A stretch of 64,000 bases of DNA from Anaeromyxobacteraceae bacterium (lineage in GTDB: Bacteria; Myxococcota; Myxococcia; Myxococcales; Anaeromyxobacteraceae), in NCBI GenBank assembly GCA_032654565.1, contig JAULAX010000005.1, positions 173,942-237,941 of the forward strand, given 5' to 3'. This document shows, piece by piece, positions 13,101-21,365 of this stretch. Below the pieces are notes generated by a model, which saw only the letters and a list, made by a program, of their open reading frames with translations, had not been told where the DNA came from and made no database searches. Position numbers and translations under genes: made by a program. Every line of letters begins with the position of its first letter. Within the stretch, counting starts at the first letter, position 1.

Positions 13101-13325
13101 TACCGGGACTTCAACCAGACCTTCCCGCTGCAGCTGATGGGCGACGTCTCCTACAACCTGGGTCCGGCCCGCTGGCTCTGGCTCAAGCAGACCAGCGTCG
13201 GCCTGCGCGCCACCTCGCGCTACCTGAACGGCTACTCGGGCGACCGCTACCTGCAGACCCGCGCCGACCCGCAGGCCTGGGGCCACGAGTACGAGCTGCG
13301 CACCTACCTCCTCGTCACCCTGTAG
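10173..13325 (+). CDS. Secreted clan GH-A (GH2-like TIM barrel) glycoside hydrolase fused to a probable outer-membrane beta-barrel
   Basis: Signal peptide; MGVNAVRLY, LLGNESNY, FTEFGAD; the C-terminal ~600 aa is rich in alternating amphipathic aromatic beta-strands and ends YELRTYLLVTL. Confidence 0.72.
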   Translation: MTTLPAPRLAPSRSPRHAAGLLALLLALAPLATPAAPAAPVATVKVLSGPGGLKLAVNGQDFMVLGMNWDYFPIGTNYNYNFWGQPDDVIEAALANEMSLMKRMGVNAVRLYAGVPPRWIAHIHEKYGIWTVLNHTVGRYGYTLDGAWTQNVDYSSPRFRAAVKAELAALVEEYKGTPGLLMWLLGNESNYGLSWSSFEIEALPSGERDHAKAKHLYSLFGEIIRDTKARDPNHPVSIANGDLQYIDLIASECRGLDVLGVNAYRGKSMGDLYAVVKAKLGVPVMFTEFGADAFDARRGKEDDLTQARYLLAQWREIFEQSAGKGKVGNAVGGFTFQWSDGWWKYKQETNLELHDTNASWPNGGYVEDYVEGENNMNEEWWGICAKGQPDDRGLYELQPRTAYYALQQAFRLDPYGPATTAAAIQAHFSAIEPDELAFHYQAVKGAALASTLGAVRLSNLRLSFETYSTGGNNHWQRPTLPNGGRGFDTMESMYLEATVQPTEKVTGKVEVNVLGNVAQNPIDEIYYERHGKPVQLTGVVANPDGTLSAGPKTTISGADRVRVYRASVAWEDAWFRLEGFYRTGHYHWGAEGDVFGLYREANYGDRIDIYDANTPSGMEITGKRALDGLKVAFGPQLWWGANPTVIGKYRRSVAGLDLTLLHQEDVAQTGGVAGISAIIPEKAGRRTALALETRLLGAGVELGGIWSGSSRVGQVFLDDANRPEKIRAQDAFGGKAKVTIERGTLHWYASGAYMGLVANAGPTARVTYTGWSLKDSGSGNQVNALTGLAATFGMFQIAPNFLWQKPLVGPGTSVIPFGLGGAASRNINADPFVVRGNRETIAGELMLVFDPTPATWMWAWDNDLREDAPFAASLDFVFRHQPTAVDATLFYAADGITQYAFQRGVPAADVWEVSARVVSAPRSDLRLVAHAFAGNQQANGESVRQPRRYGGDLRVTWRSVALAAHAKFNDWGPYDYYRDFNQTFPLQLMGDVSYNLGPARWLWLKQTSVGLRATSRYLNGYSGDRYLQTRADPQAWGHEYELRTYLLVTL

Positions 13326-13342
13326 GGGCGCGGCGCCTCGTC

Positions 13343-14257
13343 ATGTCGGGCCCGAGCAAGCAGCGGTTGATGGACACCGGCGTGGCCGCGGCGGGGGGGC
13401 TCCCCTACGCCACCGCCACGCGGGACGAGCTGGCGGCGCTGCTGCAGCGGGCGCTGGCGAAGGGGCTCCACGGCCTCTGCTTCAGCGCCTACCTGCCCGG
13501 GCAGAGCCCGGAGCTGGCCAGCCAGATCTCCGAGGCGCAGATCCTGGAGCGGCTGCGCCTGGTCCGCCCCACCACCCGCTGGGTCCGCAGCTTCTCCTGC
13601 ACCGACGGGAACCAGGCCACGCCGCGCCTCGCCAAGCAGCTCGGCATGAAGACGCTGGTCGGCGCCTGGCTGGGGACCGACCTCGCCAAGAACGAGGCCG
13701 AGCTGGCCGGCGCCATCGAGGTGGCCCGGGCCGGCCACGCCGACATCCTGGCCATCGGCAACGAGGTGCTGCTGCGCGAGGACCTGCCCGAGTCGGCGCT
13801 CATCGACTACCTGCGGCGCGCCAAGGCGGCGGTGCCCGGCGTCCCGGTCTCCTACGTCGACGCCTACTACCTGTTCGTGCAGCACCCGCGCCTGGTCGAG
13901 GCCTGCGACGTCATCCTCGCCAACTGCTACCCGTTCTGGGAGTACTGCGCGCTCGACCAGGCGCTGGCCTACATGAAGGAGATGTACGCCCGGGTGGTCC
14001 GCATCGCCGGCGGGCGGCAGGTGATCATCAGCGAGACCGGCTGGCCCAGCGCCGGTACCCCGGTCGGCGAGGCCGCGCCGTCGGTGGAGAACGCCCTGCG
14101 CTACCTGCTGGCCACGCTGGAGTGGACCGAGGCCGAGGGGATCGACCTCTTCTACTTCGCCGCCTTCGACGAGGCCTGGAAGGCCGGGCCGGAGGGGGAC
14201 CGCGGCGTCACCTGGGGGCTCTGGGACCAGGACGGGAAGCCGAAGTATGCCCGGTAG
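13343..14257 (+). CDS. GH17 beta-1,3-glucanase/glucosidase (no signal peptide)
   Basis: GLCFSAY..GQSP, VRSFS, LVGAWL, IGNEVL, ISETGWP, AFDEAWK, WGL. ATG at 13343 (alternative 13369). Confidence 0.85.
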   Translation: MSGPSKQRLMDTGVAAAGGLPYATATRDELAALLQRALAKGLHGLCFSAYLPGQSPELASQISEAQILERLRLVRPTTRWVRSFSCTDGNQATPRLAKQLGMKTLVGAWLGTDLAKNEAELAGAIEVARAGHADILAIGNEVLLREDLPESALIDYLRRAKAAVPGVPVSYVDAYYLFVQHPRLVEACDVILANCYPFWEYCALDQALAYMKEMYARVVRIAGGRQVIISETGWPSAGTPVGEAAPSVENALRYLLATLEWTEAEGIDLFYFAAFDEAWKAGPEGDRGVTWGLWDQDGKPKYAR

Positions 14258-14263
14258 GACGCC

Positions 14264-15232
14264 GTGAGCCGGGCGCTGAGCCCGCGCGGGTTCGACCCGG
14301 CCTGGCTGGGGCGGGCCATCTGCTACTCCGGGTACCGCGACGGCCAGAGCCCCGACGCGCAGCGCTTCCCTTCGTACCCGCAGGTCCGCGAGGATCTGCT
14401 GCTGCTGGCCCGCCACTGGCGGGTGCTGCGGCTCTACGACTGCACCCGCCACGCCGAGCTGGTGCTGGAGGTGATCGAGCGCGAGCGGCTCCCGCTCAAG
14501 GTGATGCTGGGGGCCTGGCTGGCCGCCGAGGCCGACAACCCCGGCTGCCCCTGGGGCGGCCTCCACGGCCCGGCCCTGCTGGCCCGCAACGTCGCCGAGA
14601 ACGGGCGGGAGCTGGAGCGGCTGGTCCGGCTGGCGCGGCGCCACCCCGAGGCGGTGGTGGCGGTCTCGGCCGGCAACGAGGCCTGCGTCGACTGGACCGA
14701 CCACCTGGTGCCGCCGGCCCGGGTGGTGGGCTACGTGGAGGAGCTGCAGCGGCAGCTCCCCCAGCCGGTCACCTTCTGCGAGAACTACCTGCCCTGGCAG
14801 GAGAAGCTGGGGGCGCTGGCCGAGGCGGTGGACTTCATCTCGGTCCACACCTACCCGGCCTGGGAGGCCAAGGCGCCCGGCGAGGCCATCGCCTACACCG
14901 ACGAGAACTGGCGGAGCGTGGCCGACCGCCACCCCGGCACGCCGGTGATCATCACCGAGGCCGGCTGGACCACCCGCTCCGGCGGCCGCGGCGTCCGCGC
15001 CGAGGACGCCACCCCGGCCAACCAGGCGGCCTACCTGGCCGGGCTCGACCGCTGGAGCCGCGAGCGCGGCGTCCTCACCTTCGTCTTCGAGGCCTTCGAC
15101 GAATCCTGGAAGGGGGCCGCCGATCCGCTCGAGCCGGAGAAGCACTGGGGCCTCTTCACCGTGGACCGCCGCCCCAAGCCGGCGGTGCAGCCGCTCTTCC
15201 CGGACCTGACACCCGCCGAGGCCGCGCCATGA
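14264..15232 (+). CDS. GH17 beta-1,3-glucanase/glucosidase (no signal peptide)
   Basis: AICYSGYRDGQSP, LRLYD, AGNEAC, ITEAGW, EAFDESWK, EKHWGL. Confidence 0.87.
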   Translation: MSRALSPRGFDPAWLGRAICYSGYRDGQSPDAQRFPSYPQVREDLLLLARHWRVLRLYDCTRHAELVLEVIERERLPLKVMLGAWLAAEADNPGCPWGGLHGPALLARNVAENGRELERLVRLARRHPEAVVAVSAGNEACVDWTDHLVPPARVVGYVEELQRQLPQPVTFCENYLPWQEKLGALAEAVDFISVHTYPAWEAKAPGEAIAYTDENWRSVADRHPGTPVIITEAGWTTRSGGRGVRAEDATPANQAAYLAGLDRWSRERGVLTFVFEAFDESWKGAADPLEPEKHWGLFTVDRRPKPAVQPLFPDLTPAEAAP

Positions 15233-16335
15233 ACCTGACCGCCCTTCGCACCCCTGCCGCGCCCGCCCTGCTGCTGCTCGCCGGGCTGGGGCTGGGCTGC
15301 GCCACCCGCCCGCCCGGGCCGCCGCCGGCCGCCGCGGCCCCGGCCGACCCGGGCACGACCTCCGCGACCACGCCGTCGGCGCCGGTCGCGCCGCGCTTCG
15401 AGCCGCGGCCGCTCCGCCCCTTCCTCGGCGACCGCTGGATCGGCCAGGGGATCTCCTACGGCCCGCACCGCGACGGCCAGCGCCCCGGCGGCCCCTCGCC
15501 GACGCGCGCCCAGCTGCGCGAGGACCTGGCGCTGCTGCGCGGCACCTGGGGGCTGCTGCGGGTCTACGGCTCCGACCCGCCCACGCCCGAGCTGCTGGCG
15601 CTCATCCGCGAGGAGCGGCTCCCCTTCAAGGTGCTGCTGGGGGCCTGGATCGCCCCGGAGTCGGGCACCCCGGTGCCGGGCTCGCCCCGGGCGGTGGAGC
15701 GCGGGGCCCGCGAGGCCAACCGGGCCGAGGTGGCGGCGGCGGTGCGGCTGGCCAACGCCTACCCCGACCTGGTGCTGGCGCTGGTGATCGGCAACGAGAC
15801 CCAGGTGGACTGGTCGGATCACCGGGTGGCGCCGGAGGTGCTGATCGGCTGGCTGCGCGAGGCCCGCCGCGGCGCCGCCCAGCCGGTGGCCACCGCCGAC
15901 GACTTCGGCTTCTGGCTGCGGCCCGACGCCGAGCCGGTGGCGCGCGAGGTGGACTTCATCGTCCTGCACGCCTACGCCATGTGGAACGGAAAGCCGCTGG
16001 AGGAGGCGCTGGCCTTCACGCAGGAGAAGTACGCGGCCACGGTGCGCCGGCACCCTGGCCTCACCGTGGTGATGGGCGAGGCCGGCTGGGCCACCCGCAA
16101 GCACACCGAGGGTGACCAGGGGAAGCTGATCAAGGGGACGCCGGGCGAGGCCGAGCAGCGGCGCTTCTTCGAGCAGTTCAACGGCTGGGTGAGGGCGGAG
16201 CGGATCACCAGCACCTGGTTCGAGGCCTTCGACGAGAACTGGAAGGGCGGCCCCCACCCCGACGAGGTGGAGAAGCACTGGGGGCTGTGGCGCGCCGACC
16301 GGACGCCCAAGGCGGCGGTGGCCGCGCCGCGCTGA
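15229..16335 (+). CDS. GH17 beta-1,3-glucanase, lipoprotein
   Basis: ATG at 15229 overlapping the upstream stop; lipobox LGLGC; ISYGPHRDGQ, IGNETQ, MGEAGW, EAFDENWK, EKHWGL. Confidence 0.85.
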   Translation: MNLTALRTPAAPALLLLAGLGLGCATRPPGPPPAAAAPADPGTTSATTPSAPVAPRFEPRPLRPFLGDRWIGQGISYGPHRDGQRPGGPSPTRAQLREDLALLRGTWGLLRVYGSDPPTPELLALIREERLPFKVLLGAWIAPESGTPVPGSPRAVERGAREANRAEVAAAVRLANAYPDLVLALVIGNETQVDWSDHRVAPEVLIGWLREARRGAAQPVATADDFGFWLRPDAEPVAREVDFIVLHAYAMWNGKPLEEALAFTQEKYAATVRRHPGLTVVMGEAGWATRKHTEGDQGKLIKGTPGEAEQRRFFEQFNGWVRAERITSTWFEAFDENWKGGPHPDEVEKHWGLWRADRTPKAAVAAPR

Positions 16336-16347
16336 AGCCGGGGCCGT

Positions 16348-16668
16348 TCAGCGCCCAGCCGCAACGCGAGCGAGCCAGTAGCTGGGGCGGCGCCGCAGGT
16401 GGGCGATGGCCAGGACGACGACCTCGTCCCCCTCCAGGACGTACCCGATCGCGAAGGGAAAGCGGGCCAGCAGGAACCTGCGGATTCCGTCGCTTTCGCG
16501 GCTGGCCGGCCAGATCGGCCAGGTCTCCGGGCGCTCGGCGATGGCGTTCAGCCCGCGCTGCACCTCGTCGGCGAGGTCGAGCCCGAGTCCGGGGAGCTGC
16601 AGCTCGTACCAGTCACCGGCCGAGGTGAGGTCGGCCACGGCTCCTGGATGGAGGCGGATTCGCACCAC
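16348..16668 (-). CDS. RelE/ParE-family toxin
   Basis: ~106 aa: LHPGAVADL...WYE...GLG......IRRFLLARFPFAIGY...VLAIAHLRRRPSYW. Confidence 0.85.
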   Translation of the reverse strand: MVRIRLHPGAVADLTSAGDWYELQLPGLGLDLADEVQRGLNAIAERPETWPIWPASRESDGIRRFLLARFPFAIGYVLEGDEVVVLAIAHLRRRPSYWLARVAAGR

Positions 16669-16905
16669 CTACCTGGGAGGCCAGCGCTGGGCGAGCCGTG
16701 TCTTCACGGTCTCCCAGTCCTCGCCGGCGACCGACCCCTCACGGACCTCGCGACCGCGCTGCTCGAGCTCCGCGACCCAGCGCTCGGCCGCGTCTCCGTC
16801 GGCGCCATCGTCCAGGCTCAGGAGCAGCTCGTGTGCGATCCTGGCTCGCTCCCTGACCGGAAGGGCAAGGGCGTTGGAGAGCAGCTCGGAGGCCTCGGGT
16901 GCCAT
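16669..16905 (-). CDS. Addiction-module antitoxin component
   Basis: 78 aa: ALALPVRERARIAHELLLSLD...W.AEL..R....G....WE.VK; directly upstream of the toxin. Confidence 0.85.
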   Translation of the reverse strand: MAPEASELLSNALALPVRERARIAHELLLSLDDGADGDAAERWVAELEQRGREVREGSVAGEDWETVKTRLAQRWPPR

Positions 16906-17013
16906 GGCCCCGAGTATACCCAGGCGAGGCTGACGTCGCAGGGGCCCGATGAACGGCAGGGGGCTCCTTCTACCCGTTCCTCCAGCGCCGCCACCGACGG
17001 TCGATGCCGCGAC

Positions 17014-17391
17014 TCAGCCGTCGTCGTCGCCGGGCGGCTCCCAGGGGAGCGCCCCCTCGGCCTCGGCCAGCGTCCGCGTCCCCTCCCCCATGCCGTCGCT
17101 CCAGGGCTCGACCACCAGGTCGCGCGCCGTCACCTGGATCTGCCCGCCGTGCGCCGAGGCCACCAGGGCGGCCACCTTGTCGAGCGTCTCGGTGACGAAG
17201 GCGTGGTCGTTGCCGACGGCAGTGACCCCGACCACGCTCCGCTGCCAGAGGTCGTTCTCGGCCACCTCGGCGATGGAGACGTTGAAGCGGGCCCGGACCC
17301 GGTCGATGGCCGAGCGGAGCAGGTGGCGCTTCGACTTGAGCGAGCCGGGGGCCGGGAGGAAGAGGACCAGCCTGAGCACACCGACGAACAT
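17014..17391 (-). CDS. DUF503 (YlxP-like) protein
   Basis: MFVGVLRL.L...SLKSKR......RARFNVSIAEV...DLWQR..VGV. Confidence 0.88.
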   Translation of the reverse strand: MFVGVLRLVLFLPAPGSLKSKRHLLRSAIDRVRARFNVSIAEVAENDLWQRSVVGVTAVGNDHAFVTETLDKVAALVASAHGGQIQVTARDLVVEPWSDGMGEGTRTLAEAEGALPWEPPGDDDG

Positions 17392-17467
17392 GGATCCCTC
17401 CGGCGACGTGAACCCAGCCTAGCCGAAGCGGCCGAGCGTTGTCGCCGACGAGGGTGGCAGCGCCGTG

Positions 17468-18481
17468 GAAGCCAACCGGGCGACGGCGCGGCGTCCCATG
17501 AATCCGACCGGGCGACGGCGCGGCGCCCCATGAAGCCGACCGGGCGACGGCGCGGCGTCGGCCGTGGCGCGAGTCTCGCAGCCCCTGGCCGCTCACACTC
17601 ACGGTCACGCCCTGGCGAGAGGGCGCGCCGCAGGCGCGGCGAGCGCCGAGGCTGGCGTCGTGCCGGCGTCCCGGATCGGCGTCACACGAAGCCGACCGGG
17701 CGACGGTGCGGCGTCCCATGAATCCGACCGGGCGACGGCGCGGCGCCCCATGAAGCCGACCGGGCGACGGTGCGGCGTCGGCCGTGGCGCGAGTCTCGCA
17801 GCCCCTGGCCGCCCACACTCACGGTCACGCCCTGGCGAGAGGGCGCGCCGCAGGCGCGGCGAGCGCCGAGGCCGGCGCCGTGCCGGCGTCCCGGATCGGC
17901 GTCACACGAAGCCGACCGGGCGACGGTGCGGCGTCGGCCGTGGCGCGAGTCTCGCAGCCCCTGGCCGCTCACACTCACGGTCACGCCCTGGCGAGAGGGC
18001 GCGCCGCAGGCGGGGCGAGCGCCGAGGCCGGCGTCGTGCCGGCGTCCCGGGTCGGCGTCACACGAAGCCGACCGGGCGACGGTGCGGCGTCCCATGAATC
18101 CGACCGGGCGACGGCGCGGCGCCCCATGAAGCCGACCGGGCGACGGTGCGGCGTCGGCCGTGGCGCGAGTCTCGCAGCCCCTGGCCGCCCACACTCACGG
18201 TCACGCCCTGGCGAGAGGGCGCGCCGCAGGCGCGGCGAGCGCCGAGGCCGGCGCCGTGCCGGCGTCCCGGATCGGCGTCACACGAAGCCGACCGGGCGAC
18301 GGTGCGGCGTCGGCCGTGGCGCGAGTCTCGCAGCCCCTGGCCGCTCACACTCACGGTCACGCCCTGGCGAGAGGGCGCGCCGCAGGCGGGGCGAGCGCCG
18401 AGGCCGGCGTCGTGCCGGCGTCCCGGGTCGGCGTCACACGAAGCCGACCGGGCGACAGGTCGAAGCCGACCGGGCGACGGG
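17468..18481. repeat. Higher-order tandem repeat: 13 copies of core GAA(G/T)CCGACCGGGCGACGG in 32-bp and 156-bp units
   Basis: Core starts at 17468, 17500, 17532, 17688, 17720, 17752, 17908, 18064, 18096, 18128, 18284, 18440 and 18462; order S S L / S S L L / S S L L / two truncated; 376-bp super-period. Confidence 0.92.
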
Positions 18482-19447
18482 TCAGCGAGCCACGTGGCAG
18501 GAGGCCGACCGCCCGCCGGCCAGCTCGGTGAGGCGCGGCTCCTCGGTCCGGCAGCGGTCGATCACCTGCGTGCAGCGCGGGTGGAAGCGGCAGCCGGGGG
18601 GCGGGCTGCGCAGGCTGGGCGGCGCCCCGGGGATGCTGGTCAGCTCCTCGTCGAGGCCGTGCACCGAGGGGAAGGCCTTGAGCAGCCCCTGGGTGTAGGG
18701 GTGGCGCGGGCTGGAGCGGAGCTCGGCGGCCGGCGCCAGCTCCACCAGCCGGCCGGAGTAGAAGATGGCCACCCGGTCGCAGATCTGCATCATCCGGGTC
18801 AGGTCGTGGGTGATGAAGATCACCGAGAAGCCGAAGCGGCGCTTCAGCTCCAGGATCTTCTGCAGGATCTCGCCTTCGACGATGACGTCGAGGGCGGTGG
18901 TCGGCTCGTCGAGGACCACCAGCGCCGGATCGAGCGCCAGGGCGATGGCGATGCCGACCCGCTGGCGCATGCCGCCGGAGAGCTGGTGCGGGTAGCTCTC
19001 CAGCCGGTCGGCGTCGATGCCCACCAGCGCCAGCAGCTCGACCGAGCGCTCGCGTAGGCTGGCGGCGCTCGGCCCGCCGGCGCCGTGGGCGCGCAGGGTG
19101 TCGCCCAGCTGCTCGCCGATGGTGAGCACCGGGTTGAGGGCGTCCATGGCGCTCTGGAAGACCATGGAGAGCCGCTTCCAGCGCACCGCCCGCAGCGCCG
19201 CCTCGCCGAGGCCGAGCAGGTCCTGCCCCTCGAAGAGCACCTGCCCGCCGGTGATCACCGCCGGCGGCGGTAGGATTCGCAGCACCGCCTGGGCCACCGT
19301 CGACTTGCCGCTGCCGGACTCGCCGGCGATGCCCAGCACCTCGCCGCGGGCCACGTCGAAGGAGACGCGATCCACGGCCCGCACCGGCCCCTGGTCGGAG
19401 ATGTACTCGACGCTCAGGTCGCGCACCGACAGCAGCGGCTCACTCAT
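18482..19447 (-). CDS. Opp/Dpp-type ABC transporter ATP-binding subunit
   Basis: GESGSGKS, LSGGMRQR, LDEPTTALD, HPYT, GCRFHPRC. Confidence 0.93.
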   Translation of the reverse strand: MSEPLLSVRDLSVEYISDQGPVRAVDRVSFDVARGEVLGIAGESGSGKSTVAQAVLRILPPPAVITGGQVLFEGQDLLGLGEAALRAVRWKRLSMVFQSAMDALNPVLTIGEQLGDTLRAHGAGGPSAASLRERSVELLALVGIDADRLESYPHQLSGGMRQRVGIAIALALDPALVVLDEPTTALDVIVEGEILQKILELKRRFGFSVIFITHDLTRMMQICDRVAIFYSGRLVELAPAAELRSSPRHPYTQGLLKAFPSVHGLDEELTSIPGAPPSLRSPPPGCRFHPRCTQVIDRCRTEEPRLTELAGGRSASCHVAR

Positions 19448-20375
19448 GGGTCACCACCACCGGCGTGGAGCGGGTCACCGGCTGGTGCCGGGCCAGCAGC
19501 CAGGAGCGCCAGGCGCGCTCCAGCTGGAGGCGCGGGTTGGTGATCTCGTCGAAGCCGGAGTTGAGCATCACCAGGCCGAAGCCGACCAGGGCCACGCAGA
19601 GCCCGGTCGGCACGAAGGTCCACCAGGCGCCGGTCAGCAGCGCCGAGTCGTTGGTGGCCCAGTAGAGGTTGGTGCCCCAGGTGACGGCGGAGACGTCGCC
19701 GAGCCCGAGGAACTCCAGCCCCACCTGGGCGCCGATGGCGTAGACGGCGCTGCCGATCACCTGGGCCACCAGCAGGGAGGTCATGTTGGGGAGGATCTCG
19801 CGGGTGATGATGCGCAGGTGGCTCTCGCCGCTCACCACCGCGGCGGCGATGAAGTCGCGCTGCCGCAGCATCAGGGTCTGGGCCCGCAGCACCCGGGCGT
19901 TCCAGGCCCAGCCGGTCACCACCAGCACGAAGGCCACGGTGCCGGGGCCGGCCGGCAGGTAGGCGGCGATGACGATGGCCAGCGGCAGGCCGGGGAGCAC
20001 CAGGAAGACGTTGAACACCAGGGAGAGCAGGCCGTCGACCTGGCCGCCGAAGTAGCCGGCGGTGACCCCCATGAGCGCCCCCACCAGCACCACCGCGGCC
20101 CCGACGCCGAAGCCGATCAGCAGCGAGACCCGGGTGCCGACCACGGTCTGGGCCAGCACGTCCTGCCCCTGCCCGGTGGTGCCGAGCCAGTGGGCCAGGG
20201 AGGGCGGCTGCAGCGGCACGCCGACCAGCGCGTCCGGGCTGGCCACCAGCCACGGGCCGACCAGGCCGAGCAGCACGAAGACCCCGATGATGGCCACGCC
20301 CACCGAGGCCTTGCGGTCGCGGCGGATGGCCTCCCACCAGGCGGCGGCGCCGGTGGAGCGTTCGCCGGCGCTCAT
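19440..20375 (-). CDS. ABC transporter permease (OppC/DppC-like)
   Basis: HWLGTTGQGQDV, ARVLRAQTL..RQRDFIAAA loop, multiple TM segments. Confidence 0.92.
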   Translation of the reverse strand: MSAGERSTGAAAWWEAIRRDRKASVGVAIIGVFVLLGLVGPWLVASPDALVGVPLQPPSLAHWLGTTGQGQDVLAQTVVGTRVSLLIGFGVGAAVVLVGALMGVTAGYFGGQVDGLLSLVFNVFLVLPGLPLAIVIAAYLPAGPGTVAFVLVVTGWAWNARVLRAQTLMLRQRDFIAAAVVSGESHLRIITREILPNMTSLLVAQVIGSAVYAIGAQVGLEFLGLGDVSAVTWGTNLYWATNDSALLTGAWWTFVPTGLCVALVGFGLVMLNSGFDEITNPRLQLERAWRSWLLARHQPVTRSTPVVVTHE

Positions 20376-21355
20376 GACGCCACCTCGCGGGTCCGCGGGT
20401 CGAGCCAGACGTAGACCAGGTCGACCAGCCAGTTGGCGCCCAGCACCGCCAGGGTGATGACCAGGAAGATCCCCTGCATGAGCGGGTAGTCCTGGTTGCG
20501 GACCGCCTGCACCAGCAGGTAGCCCTGCCCCGGGTAGGAGAAGACGATCTCGGTGAGCAGCGAGCCGCCCAGCACGAAGCCGATGGCCATGCCGAAGCCG
20601 GTGACGCTGGGGAGCAGGGCGTTGCGGGCGGCGTAGCGCAGCACCACCCGCGAGGGCTTGAGCCCCTTGGCGCGGGCCAGGGCCACGTAGTCGGAGCCGA
20701 GGATGGAGATCATGGTGTTGCGCATGCCCAGCATCCAGCCGCCCAGGGTGGCGATGACGATCGAGCCCATGGGGAGCGCGGCGTGGCGCCAGACGTCGGC
20801 CATGAAGGCCAGGTTCCAGCCCGGGGTCAGGTCATCGCCGTAGGCGTGACCGAGCGGGAAGAGCCGCAGCTGGAAGCCGAGCACGTAGAGCATCACCATG
20901 GCCAGCCAGAAGTAGGGGAAGGCGCCGATGAAGGCGAAGAAGGCGGGGAGGATGGTGTCCACCCAGCCGCCGCGCCACCAGGCCGCCGCCACGCCCAGCA
21001 GCGTGCCGATGGCGAAGCTGAGGATCACCGCGGTGCCGGCCAGGAAGAGGGTCCAGGTGAGGCCGCCGCCGATCACCGTGCTCACCGGGGCGGGGAAGTA
21101 GGCCACCGAGGTGCCGAGGTCGCCGTGCAGCACGTGGTTCAGGTAGGTGAAGTACTGCTGGAGGAGCGGCGCGTCGGTGAGGCCGAAGGCCTCGCGCAGC
21201 CCCTTGACCGCCTCCGGGCTGAGCCGCCCCTTGAAGCGGGCGAAGAGCGCGGTGGCCGGGTCGCCCGGCATCAGCCGCGGCAGGAAGAAGTTGAGGGTGA
21301 GCGCGGCCCAGCCCGCCAGCAGGTAGAAGCCGAGCCGCTTGAGGATGTAGTTCAT
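20372..21355 (-). CDS. ABC transporter permease (OppB/DppB-like)
   Basis: RLMPGDPA, GDLGTS, DYVALARAKGL, EIVFSYPG, DYPLMQG. Confidence 0.93.
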   Translation of the reverse strand: MNYILKRLGFYLLAGWAALTLNFFLPRLMPGDPATALFARFKGRLSPEAVKGLREAFGLTDAPLLQQYFTYLNHVLHGDLGTSVAYFPAPVSTVIGGGLTWTLFLAGTAVILSFAIGTLLGVAAAWWRGGWVDTILPAFFAFIGAFPYFWLAMVMLYVLGFQLRLFPLGHAYGDDLTPGWNLAFMADVWRHAALPMGSIVIATLGGWMLGMRNTMISILGSDYVALARAKGLKPSRVVLRYAARNALLPSVTGFGMAIGFVLGGSLLTEIVFSYPGQGYLLVQAVRNQDYPLMQGIFLVITLAVLGANWLVDLVYVWLDPRTREVAS

Positions 21356-21365
21356 GGCGGCGCGC

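Noticed and set aside
17468..18481. CRISPR array
   Set aside because: Sequences between the repeats are themselves repeated and fall into two lengths (about 4 and 128 nt); there are no unique spacers, no AT-rich leader and no cas genes in the window.
16970..18698. Multiple 100-300 aa ORFs across the repeat array
   Set aside because: They occur in all frames on both strands, have no RBS or codon bias, and the 32-bp unit shifts frame; they are by-products of GC-rich repeats.
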